From Obrimoposthia wandeli (lineage: Eukaryota), in the NCBI GenBank assembly GCA_977020255.1, contig CDROCS010005363.1, forward strand, positions 1 through 64,000: DNA of 64,000 bases, written 5' to 3'. Shown in pieces: positions 11,548-21,240 of the stretch (position 1 is its first letter; every line of letters starts with the position of its first letter). A model generated the notes under the pieces. It saw only the letters and a program-made list of their open reading frames with translations. It ran no database searches and was not told the origin of the DNA. The position numbers and the translations under genes were made by a program.

Positions 11548-11679
11548 CGTTCTCTTTGCATGTGGACGGATTTTAATAAATTGGCATTACGCTCAGTATA
11601 CAGTGTAGGAAAGCTTTGTTCATCCACTCTATTGCAACTACACTTAGGGCAATTGAAATCACAAGTTGTCCCGTCGTTT

Positions 11680-12615
11680 ATGGAAAAGCCTGCCCTTCAG
11701 CAAGTGATCATTTTGCAAGTTAAAGTCGTTTATTGCCTATTTGCCGCTTTTTCTCTCAGCATCATTGCGCTTTTAGATTATTTAAAACAGGAGCGAGAAT
11801 TCGCTTTAGTGGCGGCGAGCTTCAGTGCCTTACTCGTTGTTTATGCTAGCTACCTTCTGCTGAAAAGAAAAAAGCGAACGACTCCCTATGTTGAGTGGGC
11901 GCTTGCCATATTACTGGGATTGTTCACTATTTTCGGGATGCAACAGGAAAGCTATGTCGCACACTGGGTTTATTTCTTCCCTATTTATATATTTTTTCTC
12001 TTTCCGTTCAATACAGCCAACTACATTACGTTGACGTATAGCGCTGTCATTTTCTTAGTTGTACTTAATAACTTCGATAGCTACGTGCGCTTGCAGTTAT
12101 TGTTTACTTATACGGCATGCTACGCATTCTCTTTGGTTTATGCGCTGGTGAATGAGCGTAGCAATATGATGCTTTCTAACTTAATTAATACGGATCCGGT
12201 TACCCAGGTTTATAACGAGCATCAGTTTCATCATAATATGGGAAAAGAGATTACCCGAGCGGACCGTCAACGTACTGGATTAGTATTAGTAGCTATTCGC
12301 TTACCTGCTACTTGGCAACAATTAAAAGCAGAGGAATACGAAAATAGAATTGCCAATACAGGGCATCGTCTGCAGTCGAGTACTCGTGAATTTGATACCT
12401 GCTATCGGTTAAACAGTGATGACTTTGTTGTTATGTTACCTAATAGTAGTCATGAAGACGGGGAGCTAATCTGCAAGGAGCTACTCGAGCATATAAGTAA
12501 AGCTCGTCACGCAGCACAAAATAAATTTTTAATAAAAATGGCGATTTACCGCCCTGAGGATGACAGTTTTAGCCTGCTAAAGCGCGCGACAGACCAAATC
12601 CAGGAGTCGACCTAA
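11680..12615 (+). CDS. Multi-TM membrane protein with degenerate GGDEF domain (NSDDF) and intact I-site
   Basis: About 5-6 hydrophobic helices, then TDPVTQVYN...REFD-TCYRL-NSDDF. Start set at ATG 11680 because the longer ORF overlaps the divergent proA start. Confidence 0.8.
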   Translation: MEKPALQQVIILQVKVVYCLFAAFSLSIIALLDYLKQEREFALVAASFSALLVVYASYLLLKRKKRTTPYVEWALAILLGLFTIFGMQQESYVAHWVYFFPIYIFFLFPFNTANYITLTYSAVIFLVVLNNFDSYVRLQLLFTYTACYAFSLVYALVNERSNMMLSNLINTDPVTQVYNEHQFHHNMGKEITRADRQRTGLVLVAIRLPATWQQLKAEEYENRIANTGHRLQSSTREFDTCYRLNSDDFVVMLPNSSHEDGELICKELLEHISKARHAAQNKFLIKMAIYRPEDDSFSLLKRATDQIQEST

Positions 12616-13592
12616 TGCCTCAACAGCAATTAACACTCCGTATTCAGATTATTCTATATACGCTCGCTTCTCTTGCCATTTGCATTTTGATGGTCGATCA
12701 CTATCGCCAAGGCCTGTATTCATTGGTGCTAACAAATGCTATTGGAGTCCCTGCATTTTTATTCAGCGCGATTTATTTGTATATTAATCGCGACCACAGT
12801 CCATCACTCTGGGTACACCACATTTTAATAATTCTGTTGGCGGCTTTAGCGCTGTATCAACTGGTTGATCACCCTGAGTTAATGACGCATTATTTATATG
12901 CGCTGCCCATTTTTAGTTTCTTTTGTCTACCCATTTTGAATGCTTCGATTATTAATATTCTCGTGGCGGCAATCACTTCGATTATAATGTGGAATAAATT
13001 TGGCTGGCAGGACGGCTTACGCTCTGGCATTAATTTTTGCCTGCTTTTGGGGTTCGCATTTTGCTATGCTTATCTAGCTCAAATCAAACAAAGCTCTTTA
13101 CGTCGGTTAGCATTAACCGATCAGGTGAGTGGTGCTTATAATAAGCGCCATTTTTACCATACTCTTGATCGTGAAATTAGCCGCAGCGAAAATTCTAATG
13201 ATCCAATCAGTTTGATTGCACTGACGATTGATGATTATCACCAGATGCTAGACATTCACGGTCGCCGCTCAATCAACAGCTTCCTTTCTTTATTCACCGA
13301 TCGCTCTCGTCATGTGATCCGAGCAGGAGATGAGGTCTTTAGATTAGAAGAAGATTTTTTCATTTTACTGCTACCGCACTGCCCTAACGATGGCGCAATA
13401 GTATTAATGGAACGCATTAAGCGCAACTTGCAGCAGCAGTCTTGGGAGCCGATTCCTGAACTCAATTTATCCACCAGCGCAGCGACTTGGTCGACAGGTG
13501 AAACGTCGCAAGAATTACAGACGCGTTTATTGCAAACCTTAACCAAGCAGCAGAAAACTGCACTGCAGATAGGTGCATTTTCTGAGCAGTGA
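12615..13592 (+). CDS. Multi-TM membrane protein with degenerate GGDEF domain (EEDFF) and intact I-site
   Basis: TM region then TDQVSGAYNKR...RAGD-EVFRL-EEDFF; TAATG stop/start overlap with the upstream gene. Confidence 0.85.
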   Translation: MPQQQLTLRIQIILYTLASLAICILMVDHYRQGLYSLVLTNAIGVPAFLFSAIYLYINRDHSPSLWVHHILIILLAALALYQLVDHPELMTHYLYALPIFSFFCLPILNASIINILVAAITSIIMWNKFGWQDGLRSGINFCLLLGFAFCYAYLAQIKQSSLRRLALTDQVSGAYNKRHFYHTLDREISRSENSNDPISLIALTIDDYHQMLDIHGRRSINSFLSLFTDRSRHVIRAGDEVFRLEEDFFILLLPHCPNDGAIVLMERIKRNLQQQSWEPIPELNLSTSAATWSTGETSQELQTRLLQTLTKQQKTALQIGAFSEQ

Positions 13593-13679
13593 TTTGGAGC
13601 CGTTATCGTATGGGTTTGTTTTATTCAAACTAAAACTGCTTACTCAAATTTCAAGAGGAAAAGCTGTTCGCGAATCGGG

Positions 13680-13775
13680 ATTAGGTGTGTCGTTTAAGGC
13701 CGTTAGAACACATGGAGGTGTTCTTCGAGCCTCCAGGGAAGGATTTACGGCGTGCCGCATAAGGACACACCTAAT
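13680..13775. repeat. Nested palindromic REP/MITE-like element
   Basis: Perfect 12-bp terminal IR ATTAGGTGTGTC (13680-13691) / GACACACCTAAT (13764-13775), enclosing GCCGT/ACGGC and the hairpin AGAACAC-atggag-GTGTTCT. Confidence 0.7.
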
Positions 13776-13811
13776 GGCGATTGCAAGCGAGCTGCGATCA
13801 TTCAGAAAAGT

Positions 13812-14672
13812 TTAAACGTCTGCAACAACTAATCGTACTAAGCTTTGGCGTGAGCTGGTTGGCATGTCGAGCTTGTCGTAATAATCTTCTGGTGCTGTCA
13901 CGGCAACCTTAGCAAAACCATCTTCCAAGAACCCTTGTTGCATGGTTTCGTTTGAATTGTAATGCAGCGGATATTCGCCCTGAGTAAAGAAGCCCACAAC
14001 TTTCTGCGCCACTTTCACATACTTAAATGAAGGATGCTGTTCTAGCTTAGGATATACCTCCGTCACATAACGCGCCTGTGGAAAATCCTTAAGGGCCACA
14101 GCCATGCGCGCCCAGACTTTACGAATGGTCGGTAAATCAAAGTAATTCACCAAGCCTTCGGTAATGATTAAGGTTTTCTTAGATTTATCCAATCCAGCCA
14201 ATAGCGCTTCAATAGACTGAGCGCCTGCTTCATCAAGGATATTGCACGGCTGAGTAACATGACCCGACTGGCGGCCTAACTGATCTAATAGCTCAGCTTT
14301 ATGCGCTGACATGCCTGGTAAGTCACCTTCCAGATAATGCACATTTGGATGAGCCTGCTTCACTAAATATCCACGAGATGACAAACCCGCCGCTAACTCA
14401 ACAATCTGCTCATAACCCTCTTCAATCGCCTGCTCAACCAAGTGATCTAACACATAGTGACGCTGCAATAAAAAAGTATCAATGCTCGCACCAATCATTG
14501 ATTGCATGAAAATATTCATCGGCTTTAACGCCCAATAAGCAGCGCGGCCCATTGGAGTTACAAATTGCTTATGCGACAAACCATTGTTATACCAAATATA
14601 ACCGGTGTAATGAGCGCTGATGCTAATGCGTGACGTATCTGTGGCTGTATCCATGTCGATGACCTGATCCAT
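13812..14672 (-). CDS. Class I SAM-dependent methyltransferase (leucine carboxyl methyltransferase/polyketide-synthesis MTase-like)
   Basis: QIVELAAGLSSRG, EGDLP, IITEGLVNYF motifs. Confidence 0.8.
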   Translation of the reverse strand: MDQVIDMDTATDTSRISISAHYTGYIWYNNGLSHKQFVTPMGRAAYWALKPMNIFMQSMIGASIDTFLLQRHYVLDHLVEQAIEEGYEQIVELAAGLSSRGYLVKQAHPNVHYLEGDLPGMSAHKAELLDQLGRQSGHVTQPCNILDEAGAQSIEALLAGLDKSKKTLIITEGLVNYFDLPTIRKVWARMAVALKDFPQARYVTEVYPKLEQHPSFKYVKVAQKVVGFFTQGEYPLHYNSNETMQQGFLEDGFAKVAVTAPEDYYDKLDMPTSSRQSLVRLVVADV

Positions 14673-14779
14673 TGTTTCTATACCTATGGCCTACGCACGT
14701 TGAATTGTGCTTTGGTAATTATGTTTTTTATTATTATTAAGTATCGTAATGTTGCGAGTATAGCCTTCTTGCAGGCAAT

Positions 14780-14808
14780 AAAAAAGCGCGTCACCTTTCG
14801 ATGCGCGC
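14780..14808 (-). terminator. Rho-independent terminator downstream of the TSP3-like gene
   Basis: Minus strand GCGCG-CATC-GAAA-GGTG-A-CGCGC followed by U6. Confidence 0.7.
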
Positions 14809-14919
14809 CCACCGGGGTGCAGTGTTCATCCTTAAACTTAACTATAGTCGAATATCTCAGATTAACAGAACAAATGTTATATTAATTAAAGTTTAGCATC
14901 CGGCTCATTCAGATACTCC

Positions 14920-17418
14920 CTACAAGTCTTCACTGGCTAGCGGAGCAGCCGGCGGCTTATTCATTGTTTTAACACCTCGGTTGCCGGCCTTATCAAGCAA
15001 GATCAAAGATAGCTCACCCTGAACCGCCCCTTCGATGTTCACTTTGAAATGACTGGCATAAAGGAAGTGTCCAGGCCAGACCTGCCCGCTGCTATCTTCT
15101 AGCCAAACCTTACTGATACCCATACCATCATCGAACGCCATGCCGACAAGGCTAGTGCTATTTTGCCAACTAGCTTTCTCAACGACCGGCTTCACATGAT
15201 CTGGAAAGCTAAAAAAGTCAGAAGGGTTGGTTTTCTCAATCACTTCATAACGATTGTTGTAGCCATCCCCATCTCGATCCTTATCGCCATTATCGCCCGT
15301 GCCGTCGTTATCTAAATCGGCCCACTCTTTAATGTTATCTGGGAATAGGTCAGCTACATCATCAACATTGTCACCATCACGATCTTTATCTAAGACATCA
15401 GGAATTCCATCGGCATCAGAATCAACTGGGGTTGAACTCGCATCACTAGGATCAAATAGCAGGGTTAATTCATAATGGTTACTGATGCGATCTCCATCAC
15501 GGTCTAGGTCTGAGTTATCCCCTGTGCCATCAGCATCCATATCGGCCCATTCAGTAGCATCCATTGGAAACTTATCGCTAAGATTCGTAACATCATCACC
15601 GTCTTTATCATCATCCAAGCTATCTGGTGTAGTATCGCCATCCATATCAGGAGGCGTCGACGTGGCATCCAGGTGATTAAAGCCAAGCTGAATCTCGAAC
15701 TTATTACTGATGCGATCGCCATCGATATCTAGGTCAGAGTTATCGCCTCGGCCATCACGGTCCATATCAGCCCATTCCAGTTTATTATCTGGAAAAGCAT
15801 CTTCTGTATTTAAAAATCCATCGCCATCACGGTTATCATCCAAGCCATCTGGAATGCGATCATCGTCCTGATCGACGGGAACATCCAGGGCATCTAAGTC
15901 GTTAGTACCGACGAGTCTTTCATATTCATTACTGATGCCATCGCCATCGCGATCTAGGTCGCCATTATTGCCTTGGCCATCGCCATCATAATCTAGCCAT
16001 TCATTCTTGTTCAGCGGGAACATATCTAAAGCATTAGCGATAAAATCGCCATCAATGTCTTCATCAAGGGCATCTGGAATTGCATCTTTGTCTAAGTCGG
16101 TCGGTACACTTACAGCAGAGTCAGGATCAAAACCTAGGCGCAATTCATAATCGTTATTAATGGTATCGCCATCACGGTCGCCATCAGCATTATCGCCAAT
16201 GCCGTCTTTATCAAGATCTGCCCAGTCGATTTTATTACGCGGAAAAACATCGACTGCATTTAAATGGCCATCACCGTCGATGTCTTCATCCACAACATCG
16301 GCAATGCCATCTTTATCTAGATCCCCAGGAAGACTTTTAGGATCTCTGTCGTTACTGTTAGCCGCTATTTCATCATCATTCGGGAAGCCATCATTATCAC
16401 GATCGGTATCGGCATTATCACCAATACCATCTCCGTCTAGATCGCCCCACTCTTTAATATCATCAGGGTAAGCATCGATAGTATTAGCAACCCCGTCGCC
16501 GTCTCGATCGGTATCAAACGAATCGGGCATTGAATCGCCATCGGAATCTTTTGGATGACTACTGGCATCCAGTGGATCGGTTCCTAAGTGCAATTCGAAT
16601 ACATTAGGAACACCATCACCATCAGCGTCTTGATCTTGATGATCAGGTATACCATCTTTGTCGGTATCGGCCCAGTCTCGTGGATCATCTGGGTAAAGGT
16701 CATCGACATCAGCGACACCATCGCCATCACGGTCGCGATCATTTTTATCCGGTATACCGTCACCATCTAAATCAACAGGAAAGCTTGATGCGTCACGCGC
16801 ATCAGTACCCAGCGTTACTTCCCACTCGTTAGTAATGCCATCGCCATCCCAGTCTTTATCGGTATTATCACCTTCACCGTCTTCATCCAGATCACTCCAC
16901 TCAGATGCGAGTAAAGGGAAGGCGTCTTGGGCATTTTCATAGCCATCGTTATCCATATCGGAATCAAGGACATCAGGCCAGCCGTCTTTATCGTAATCAT
17001 TGGGCGTATTATTGGCATCATCGATAGCAAAGCCGAGCTGCTGTTCGTACTTGTTGCTAATTTTATCGCCGTCGATATCTTTATCACGTTTGTCTGGAAT
17101 ACCGTCACCATCGGTATCTCTTACGCCTGTAGCATCTCGAGGAAAGTCGTCATTTTTATCTAGGACCCCATCGCCATCTTGATCTGAGTCGATCGCGTCG
17201 GGGATACCATCACCATCAATATCATATTGATCAGCCACATTAGGGTTGGTGCCGGCCGCACTTTCCATAAAGTTAGAAAGTCCATCACCATCCCGATCGG
17301 TATCAACACTGTCAGCGATGCCATCATTATCGATGTCATCGATGCCTGCTGACGCCAAAGGACTGCCCAGTGCTAATAAGAATGCACTTCCCAATAATAT
17401 TAAATGTGGTGATTTCAT
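14920..17418 (-). CDS. Secreted Asp-rich thrombospondin type-3-like repeat (Ca-binding) protein with C-terminal Ig-like domain
   Basis: Signal peptide; dozens of DxDGDGxxD motifs arranged in 75-aa units; last ~90 aa ends with LDKAGN, typical of bacterial Ig-like domains. Confidence 0.85.
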   Translation of the reverse strand: MKSPHLILLGSAFLLALGSPLASAGIDDIDNDGIADSVDTDRDGDGLSNFMESAAGTNPNVADQYDIDGDGIPDAIDSDQDGDGVLDKNDDFPRDATGVRDTDGDGIPDKRDKDIDGDKISNKYEQQLGFAIDDANNTPNDYDKDGWPDVLDSDMDNDGYENAQDAFPLLASEWSDLDEDGEGDNTDKDWDGDGITNEWEVTLGTDARDASSFPVDLDGDGIPDKNDRDRDGDGVADVDDLYPDDPRDWADTDKDGIPDHQDQDADGDGVPNVFELHLGTDPLDASSHPKDSDGDSMPDSFDTDRDGDGVANTIDAYPDDIKEWGDLDGDGIGDNADTDRDNDGFPNDDEIAANSNDRDPKSLPGDLDKDGIADVVDEDIDGDGHLNAVDVFPRNKIDWADLDKDGIGDNADGDRDGDTINNDYELRLGFDPDSAVSVPTDLDKDAIPDALDEDIDGDFIANALDMFPLNKNEWLDYDGDGQGNNGDLDRDGDGISNEYERLVGTNDLDALDVPVDQDDDRIPDGLDDNRDGDGFLNTEDAFPDNKLEWADMDRDGRGDNSDLDIDGDRISNKFEIQLGFNHLDATSTPPDMDGDTTPDSLDDDKDGDDVTNLSDKFPMDATEWADMDADGTGDNSDLDRDGDRISNHYELTLLFDPSDASSTPVDSDADGIPDVLDKDRDGDNVDDVADLFPDNIKEWADLDNDGTGDNGDKDRDGDGYNNRYEVIEKTNPSDFFSFPDHVKPVVEKASWQNSTSLVGMAFDDGMGISKVWLEDSSGQVWPGHFLYASHFKVNIEGAVQGELSLILLDKAGNRGVKTMNKPPAAPLASEDL

Positions 17419-17500
17419 AATTTTTATCTTTGTTAATCAGGTCTTTCTAATTATTATTTTCGATCAAGTTTTGACGCTTGATCTACATTTCACGATTGAT

Positions 17501-17836
17501 CTACAGTTTTTTGTTATCGCAGTTTATGATTCTGCCTTTCTTATCCACAAGAATACCCGAAACCCCAGGGGTTTTATCAGCTCTCATTAATAAGCTACCA
17601 CCCGAACAAAATGCTGTTTTTCCTGATGGCTTTGATGAAGTCTTTACGTCATAACCTGGCTTCAAGGTTAATAGTTTAAAGTCTTCTATCATGGCAGAGT
17701 CAGCTTCTTTTGAATGACGTAAGTAGCCATAATATTCCAGCGAGACGACTGAAATAATAATGCCGGCCGCTAGACCCATAACAATGTGTGTCACTTTGTC
17801 GCCATCTTTCGATACGCGTTTTTCTACTTGGCTCAT
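17501..17836 (-). CDS. Small single-TM hypothetical protein with two Cys in the soluble domain
   Basis: 111-aa ORF, hydrophobic IVMGLAAGIIISVVSL, Cys pair (AFCSGG...IINCD); co-oriented with ubiX and the TSP3-like gene. Confidence 0.7.
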   Translation of the reverse strand: MSQVEKRVSKDGDKVTHIVMGLAAGIIISVVSLEYYGYLRHSKEADSAMIEDFKLLTLKPGYDVKTSSKPSGKTAFCSGGSLLMRADKTPGVSGILVDKKGRIINCDNKKL

Positions 17837-17901
17837 ACTACTTCCAAAGATTGCTGATGTTTAAATACAAATGTTTAGATACGGCTTCGAAACATAAATT
17901 A

Positions 17902-18513
17902 TCACTCGCCCCAACGAGGTAATAAGTTATGCTCGATGCTTAATTGATTAAGAATTCGGGCAACCAAAAAGTCGACCAAATCTTCAATGTTTTCTGGCTG
18001 ACGATAAAAGCCAGGACTGGCGGGTAAGATCACCGCGCCCATCTGGCTCAAGGTCAGCATGTTTTGTAAGTGCAAGGTTGAAAACGGTGTTTCTCTAGGC
18101 ACTAGAATTAATTGGCGACGTTCTTTTAAAGCAACATCGGCGGCGCGTTCAATTAGGTTGTTACTTGCGCCCGTGGCGACAGCCGATAAGGTGCCCGTAC
18201 TGCAGGGACAAATCACCATTGCACCATTACGACCCGAGCCTGATGCCCAAGGCGACATCCAGTCTTCTCGCCCGTAGACCTTTAATTGGTCTTCATTGGC
18301 CTGAAAGTGCTCTCTAAGATATTCAGCTTGGCCACGTACTTGGCCAGGTATTTTGAACTCAGTTTCTGTTGCCATGACTAGCTGCGCAGCTTTCGAAATA
18401 ATAACCGATACTGTGCAGCCACTTTTTAATAATACTTCAATCAGACGCATTGCATACGGTGAGCCTGATGCGCCAGTGATGGCGACACAAATATTGTCAT
18501 TCGAGCGACTCAT
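17902..18513 (-). CDS. ubiX: Flavin prenyltransferase
   Basis: ITGASG, PCSTGTL, RAADVALKERR, RETP, PASPGFY. Confidence 0.95.
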   Translation of the reverse strand: MSRSNDNICVAITGASGSPYAMRLIEVLLKSGCTVSVIISKAAQLVMATETEFKIPGQVRGQAEYLREHFQANEDQLKVYGREDWMSPWASGSGRNGAMVICPCSTGTLSAVATGASNNLIERAADVALKERRQLILVPRETPFSTLHLQNMLTLSQMGAVILPASPGFYRQPENIEDLVDFLVARILNQLSIEHNLLPRWGE

Positions 18514-19934
18514 GCCAACTCACTTTCATTTTGTGCCGATGATTTCTCACGCAACTTGCCCAATAACGAACGATGAATGCCCGAGAAACTGCCATTCGAC
18601 ATCATCACGACATCATCGCCACTTTGAATATCGGTTAGCAACTGTTGCTCTAATGCTTCTACCGTTGTGAAAACCTGCTGATTGTTCATGTTCGCAACCG
18701 CTTCGGTTAACGACCAAGATAAGCCTTCGGGCTCAAGCCAATAAGTATGATCTGCATCTTCGACACTGGCAGCCAATTTAGCTTTATGTTCGCCCAGCTT
18801 CATTGTATTCGATCTAGGCTCGAGAACGGCGATTAAACGCCCATCTCGTTGCTGAACTTTTTGTGCGGCTTTCGCCCCAGATAGCGTCAGTTTGATCGCG
18901 GTTGGGTGATGAGCAAAATCGTCGTAGATACGGATACTTTCAGTTTCACCTGCACCCTCGATTTCGCCTACGAGTTCCATTCGACGCTTAACTGATTTAA
19001 ATTCTGCTAAGGCTTCCGCAGCGGTTTTAGGCTCAATTCCGACATGTCGCGCAGCTATAATCGCAGCCAAAGCGTTGTACATGTTGTGTTCACCGCTGAG
19101 TGACCATGTCACTTCGCAGGCTAGCTGCCCTTGATGGTAAACACTGAACTGACTAAAGTCGGCCAATATGGGCTCAACTGTCCAGCCACTCGCACCATCG
19201 TTTGTCGGGTTAATAAGTACTTGCTCACTCCAACAGCCTTGAGCAATCACGCGTTGCAATGCTTCATTATCCGCAGGGTAAATTATCTGGCCCGTTGATG
19301 GCACGGTACGGACGAGGTGATGAAACTGGCGTTCGATAGCCGCAAGATCATCAAATATATCGGCATGATCAAATTCGAGGTTGTTCATCACCAAGGTTCG
19401 AGGGTGGTAATGCACGAACTTAGAGCGCTTATCAAAGAAGGCGGTATCGTATTCATCGGCTTCTATGATGAAGAAATTCGAATCGGTGAGCCGTGCAGAA
19501 GTAGAGAAGTTTTCGGGAACACCACCGATGAGATAACTTGGATTCATTCCACCGAATTCTAATAACCAGGCAAGCATACTTGAGGTTGTTGTTTTGCCAT
19601 GTGTCCCGGCAACAGCCATTACCCACTTATCTGCGAGTAAGTACTTACCCATCCAGTCAGGGCCTGACATATAAGGCAGGCCACGATCAAGTACGTACTC
19701 AACCGCGGGATTTCCGCGACTCATCGCATTACCGATAATGACGCAATCAGGGGCGGGGTCGAGCTGGGCTGCATCGAAACCTGCAATCACTTCAATACCC
19801 GCCTGTTCGAGCTGATCGCTCATCGGGGGATAAATGCCTTGGTCTGAACCCGTTACTTTATGCCCTTGAGCTTTCGCTAACTGAGCAAGGCTGCCCATAA
19901 AGGTGCCACAAATACCCAAAATATGAAGATGCAT
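18510..19934 (-). CDS. mpl: UDP-N-acetylmuramate:L-alanyl-gamma-D-glutamyl-meso-diaminopimelate ligase
   Basis: MHLHILGICGTFMG, AGTHGKTTT, EADEYD, DDFAHHPT, EPRSNTM. Confidence 0.97.
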   Translation of the reverse strand: MHLHILGICGTFMGSLAQLAKAQGHKVTGSDQGIYPPMSDQLEQAGIEVIAGFDAAQLDPAPDCVIIGNAMSRGNPAVEYVLDRGLPYMSGPDWMGKYLLADKWVMAVAGTHGKTTTSSMLAWLLEFGGMNPSYLIGGVPENFSTSARLTDSNFFIIEADEYDTAFFDKRSKFVHYHPRTLVMNNLEFDHADIFDDLAAIERQFHHLVRTVPSTGQIIYPADNEALQRVIAQGCWSEQVLINPTNDGASGWTVEPILADFSQFSVYHQGQLACEVTWSLSGEHNMYNALAAIIAARHVGIEPKTAAEALAEFKSVKRRMELVGEIEGAGETESIRIYDDFAHHPTAIKLTLSGAKAAQKVQQRDGRLIAVLEPRSNTMKLGEHKAKLAASVEDADHTYWLEPEGLSWSLTEAVANMNNQQVFTTVEALEQQLLTDIQSGDDVVMMSNGSFSGIHRSLLGKLREKSSAQNESELA

Positions 19935-20161
19935 GCCAACTACCACAAAAATCGTATGGGGCTAGTGTACTTGCTCTTGCCTTGCCTAGCTAGTAAGACA
20001 GGGTCAAGGTGAGCCATCGTGGGCCATCTGCATCGCCTCTGGCTTGTGTTAGATCACTGTTCATTCTTTAGGCATTCAAATTGAGGCTGGTTTCAGGTAA
20101 GATGCAGCACTTTTTTATATTCACCAACTCTTTGCCTAATCACTTCGAGAGCCAGATCTAT

Positions 20162-21133
20162 ATGCAATCTTTGCCTTCTTTCCTGCAAGCACGTAATACT
20201 CCTAGCGATATTACTGCCATTATTAATGGTCTTATGACTTCTTGTGTAGATATTTCCAACAAGCTACAACAAGGTGCATTAGCAGGTGTTTTAGGCTGCG
20301 CGGGCGAAGAAAACGTTCAAGGTGAAACTCAGAAGAAATTAGATGTTATTTCTAACGACATCATCAAAGACCAGTTAGCCAGCATGAGCATGGTTAAGGG
20401 TATGGCGAGCGAAGAAGAAGACTTCCCTGTTGCCTGCAATGAAGATGGCGAATACCTAGTATTGTTTGATCCGCTAGATGGTTCTTCTAACATCGACGTA
20501 AACGTTACTGTTGGTACGATCTTTTCTGTTTTGAAAACAACAAAAGATGTTGATGCGTCTAAAGCTGATGCTTACTTGCAAGCGGGTACTGAACAAGTTG
20601 CTGCTGGTTATGTTCTTTATGGCCCATCTACATTATTGATGTTTACCACGGGTGAAGGTGTTCATTCTTTCACTATGGATCCTAAAGACGGTCAGTTTTT
20701 GCTATTGCGCGAAAATGTTCAGATTCCTGCACAAACTCAAGAATTTGCGATTAATATGTCTAACCAGCGCTTTTGGTTACCAGAGATGCAAAACTACGTA
20801 GCTGATTTACTGAAAGGCGAAGAAGGCCCATTAGGTAAGCGTTATAACATGCGCTGGGTTGCTGCGATGGTTGCTGAAGTTCACCGCATCCTAACTCGTG
20901 GTGGTATCTTTATGTACCCATACGATAGCCGTGATCCTTCTAAGCCAGGTAAGTTGCGTTTGATGTATGAAGGAAACCCAATGAGCATGCTGATCGAGCA
21001 AGCCGGTGGTAAAGCCAGTACTGCTTATGCACCGATCATGGAAGTAACGCCGACTGATATTCACCAGCGTGTTTCTGTGGTGATGGGTTCTACTGATGAA
21101 GTTGATGTGGCTCTTTCTTACCACAAGAAGTAA
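20162..21133 (+). CDS. fbp: Fructose-1,6-bisphosphatase class 1
   Basis: [23 protein letters not shown] motifs; start placed at ATG 20162. Confidence 0.96.
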   Translation: MQSLPSFLQARNTPSDITAIINGLMTSCVDISNKLQQGALAGVLGCAGEENVQGETQKKLDVISNDIIKDQLASMSMVKGMASEEEDFPVACNEDGEYLVLFDPLDGSSNIDVNVTVGTIFSVLKTTKDVDASKADAYLQAGTEQVAAGYVLYGPSTLLMFTTGEGVHSFTMDPKDGQFLLLRENVQIPAQTQEFAINMSNQRFWLPEMQNYVADLLKGEEGPLGKRYNMRWVAAMVAEVHRILTRGGIFMYPYDSRDPSKPGKLRLMYEGNPMSMLIEQAGGKASTAYAPIMEVTPTDIHQRVSVVMGSTDEVDVALSYHKK

Positions 21134-21184
21134 ATTCAAGAACCATTAAATTAAGAAAATAGGTCCTAGGACTGATCTTCTTGC

Positions 21185-21216
21185 AAAAAAACGGAGCTTA
21201 TTAGCTCCGTTTTTTT
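21185..21216. terminator. Bidirectional intrinsic terminator after fbp
   Basis: A7-(A)CGGAGCT-tatt-AGCTCCG(T)-T7. Confidence 0.85.
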
Positions 21217-21240
21217 ATGCCTACTATTTAATATTTTCGT

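Noticed and set aside
11521-11679. N-terminal extension of the first GGDEF ORF
   Set aside because: Overlaps the divergent proA start and promoter region; ATG 11680 gives a better membrane-protein start.
14920-17418. Possible CRISPR or DNA-level tandem array in the TSP3-like gene
   Set aside because: Periodicity is at protein level with diverged codons; there are no identical nucleotide repeats with unique spacers, and no cas genes.
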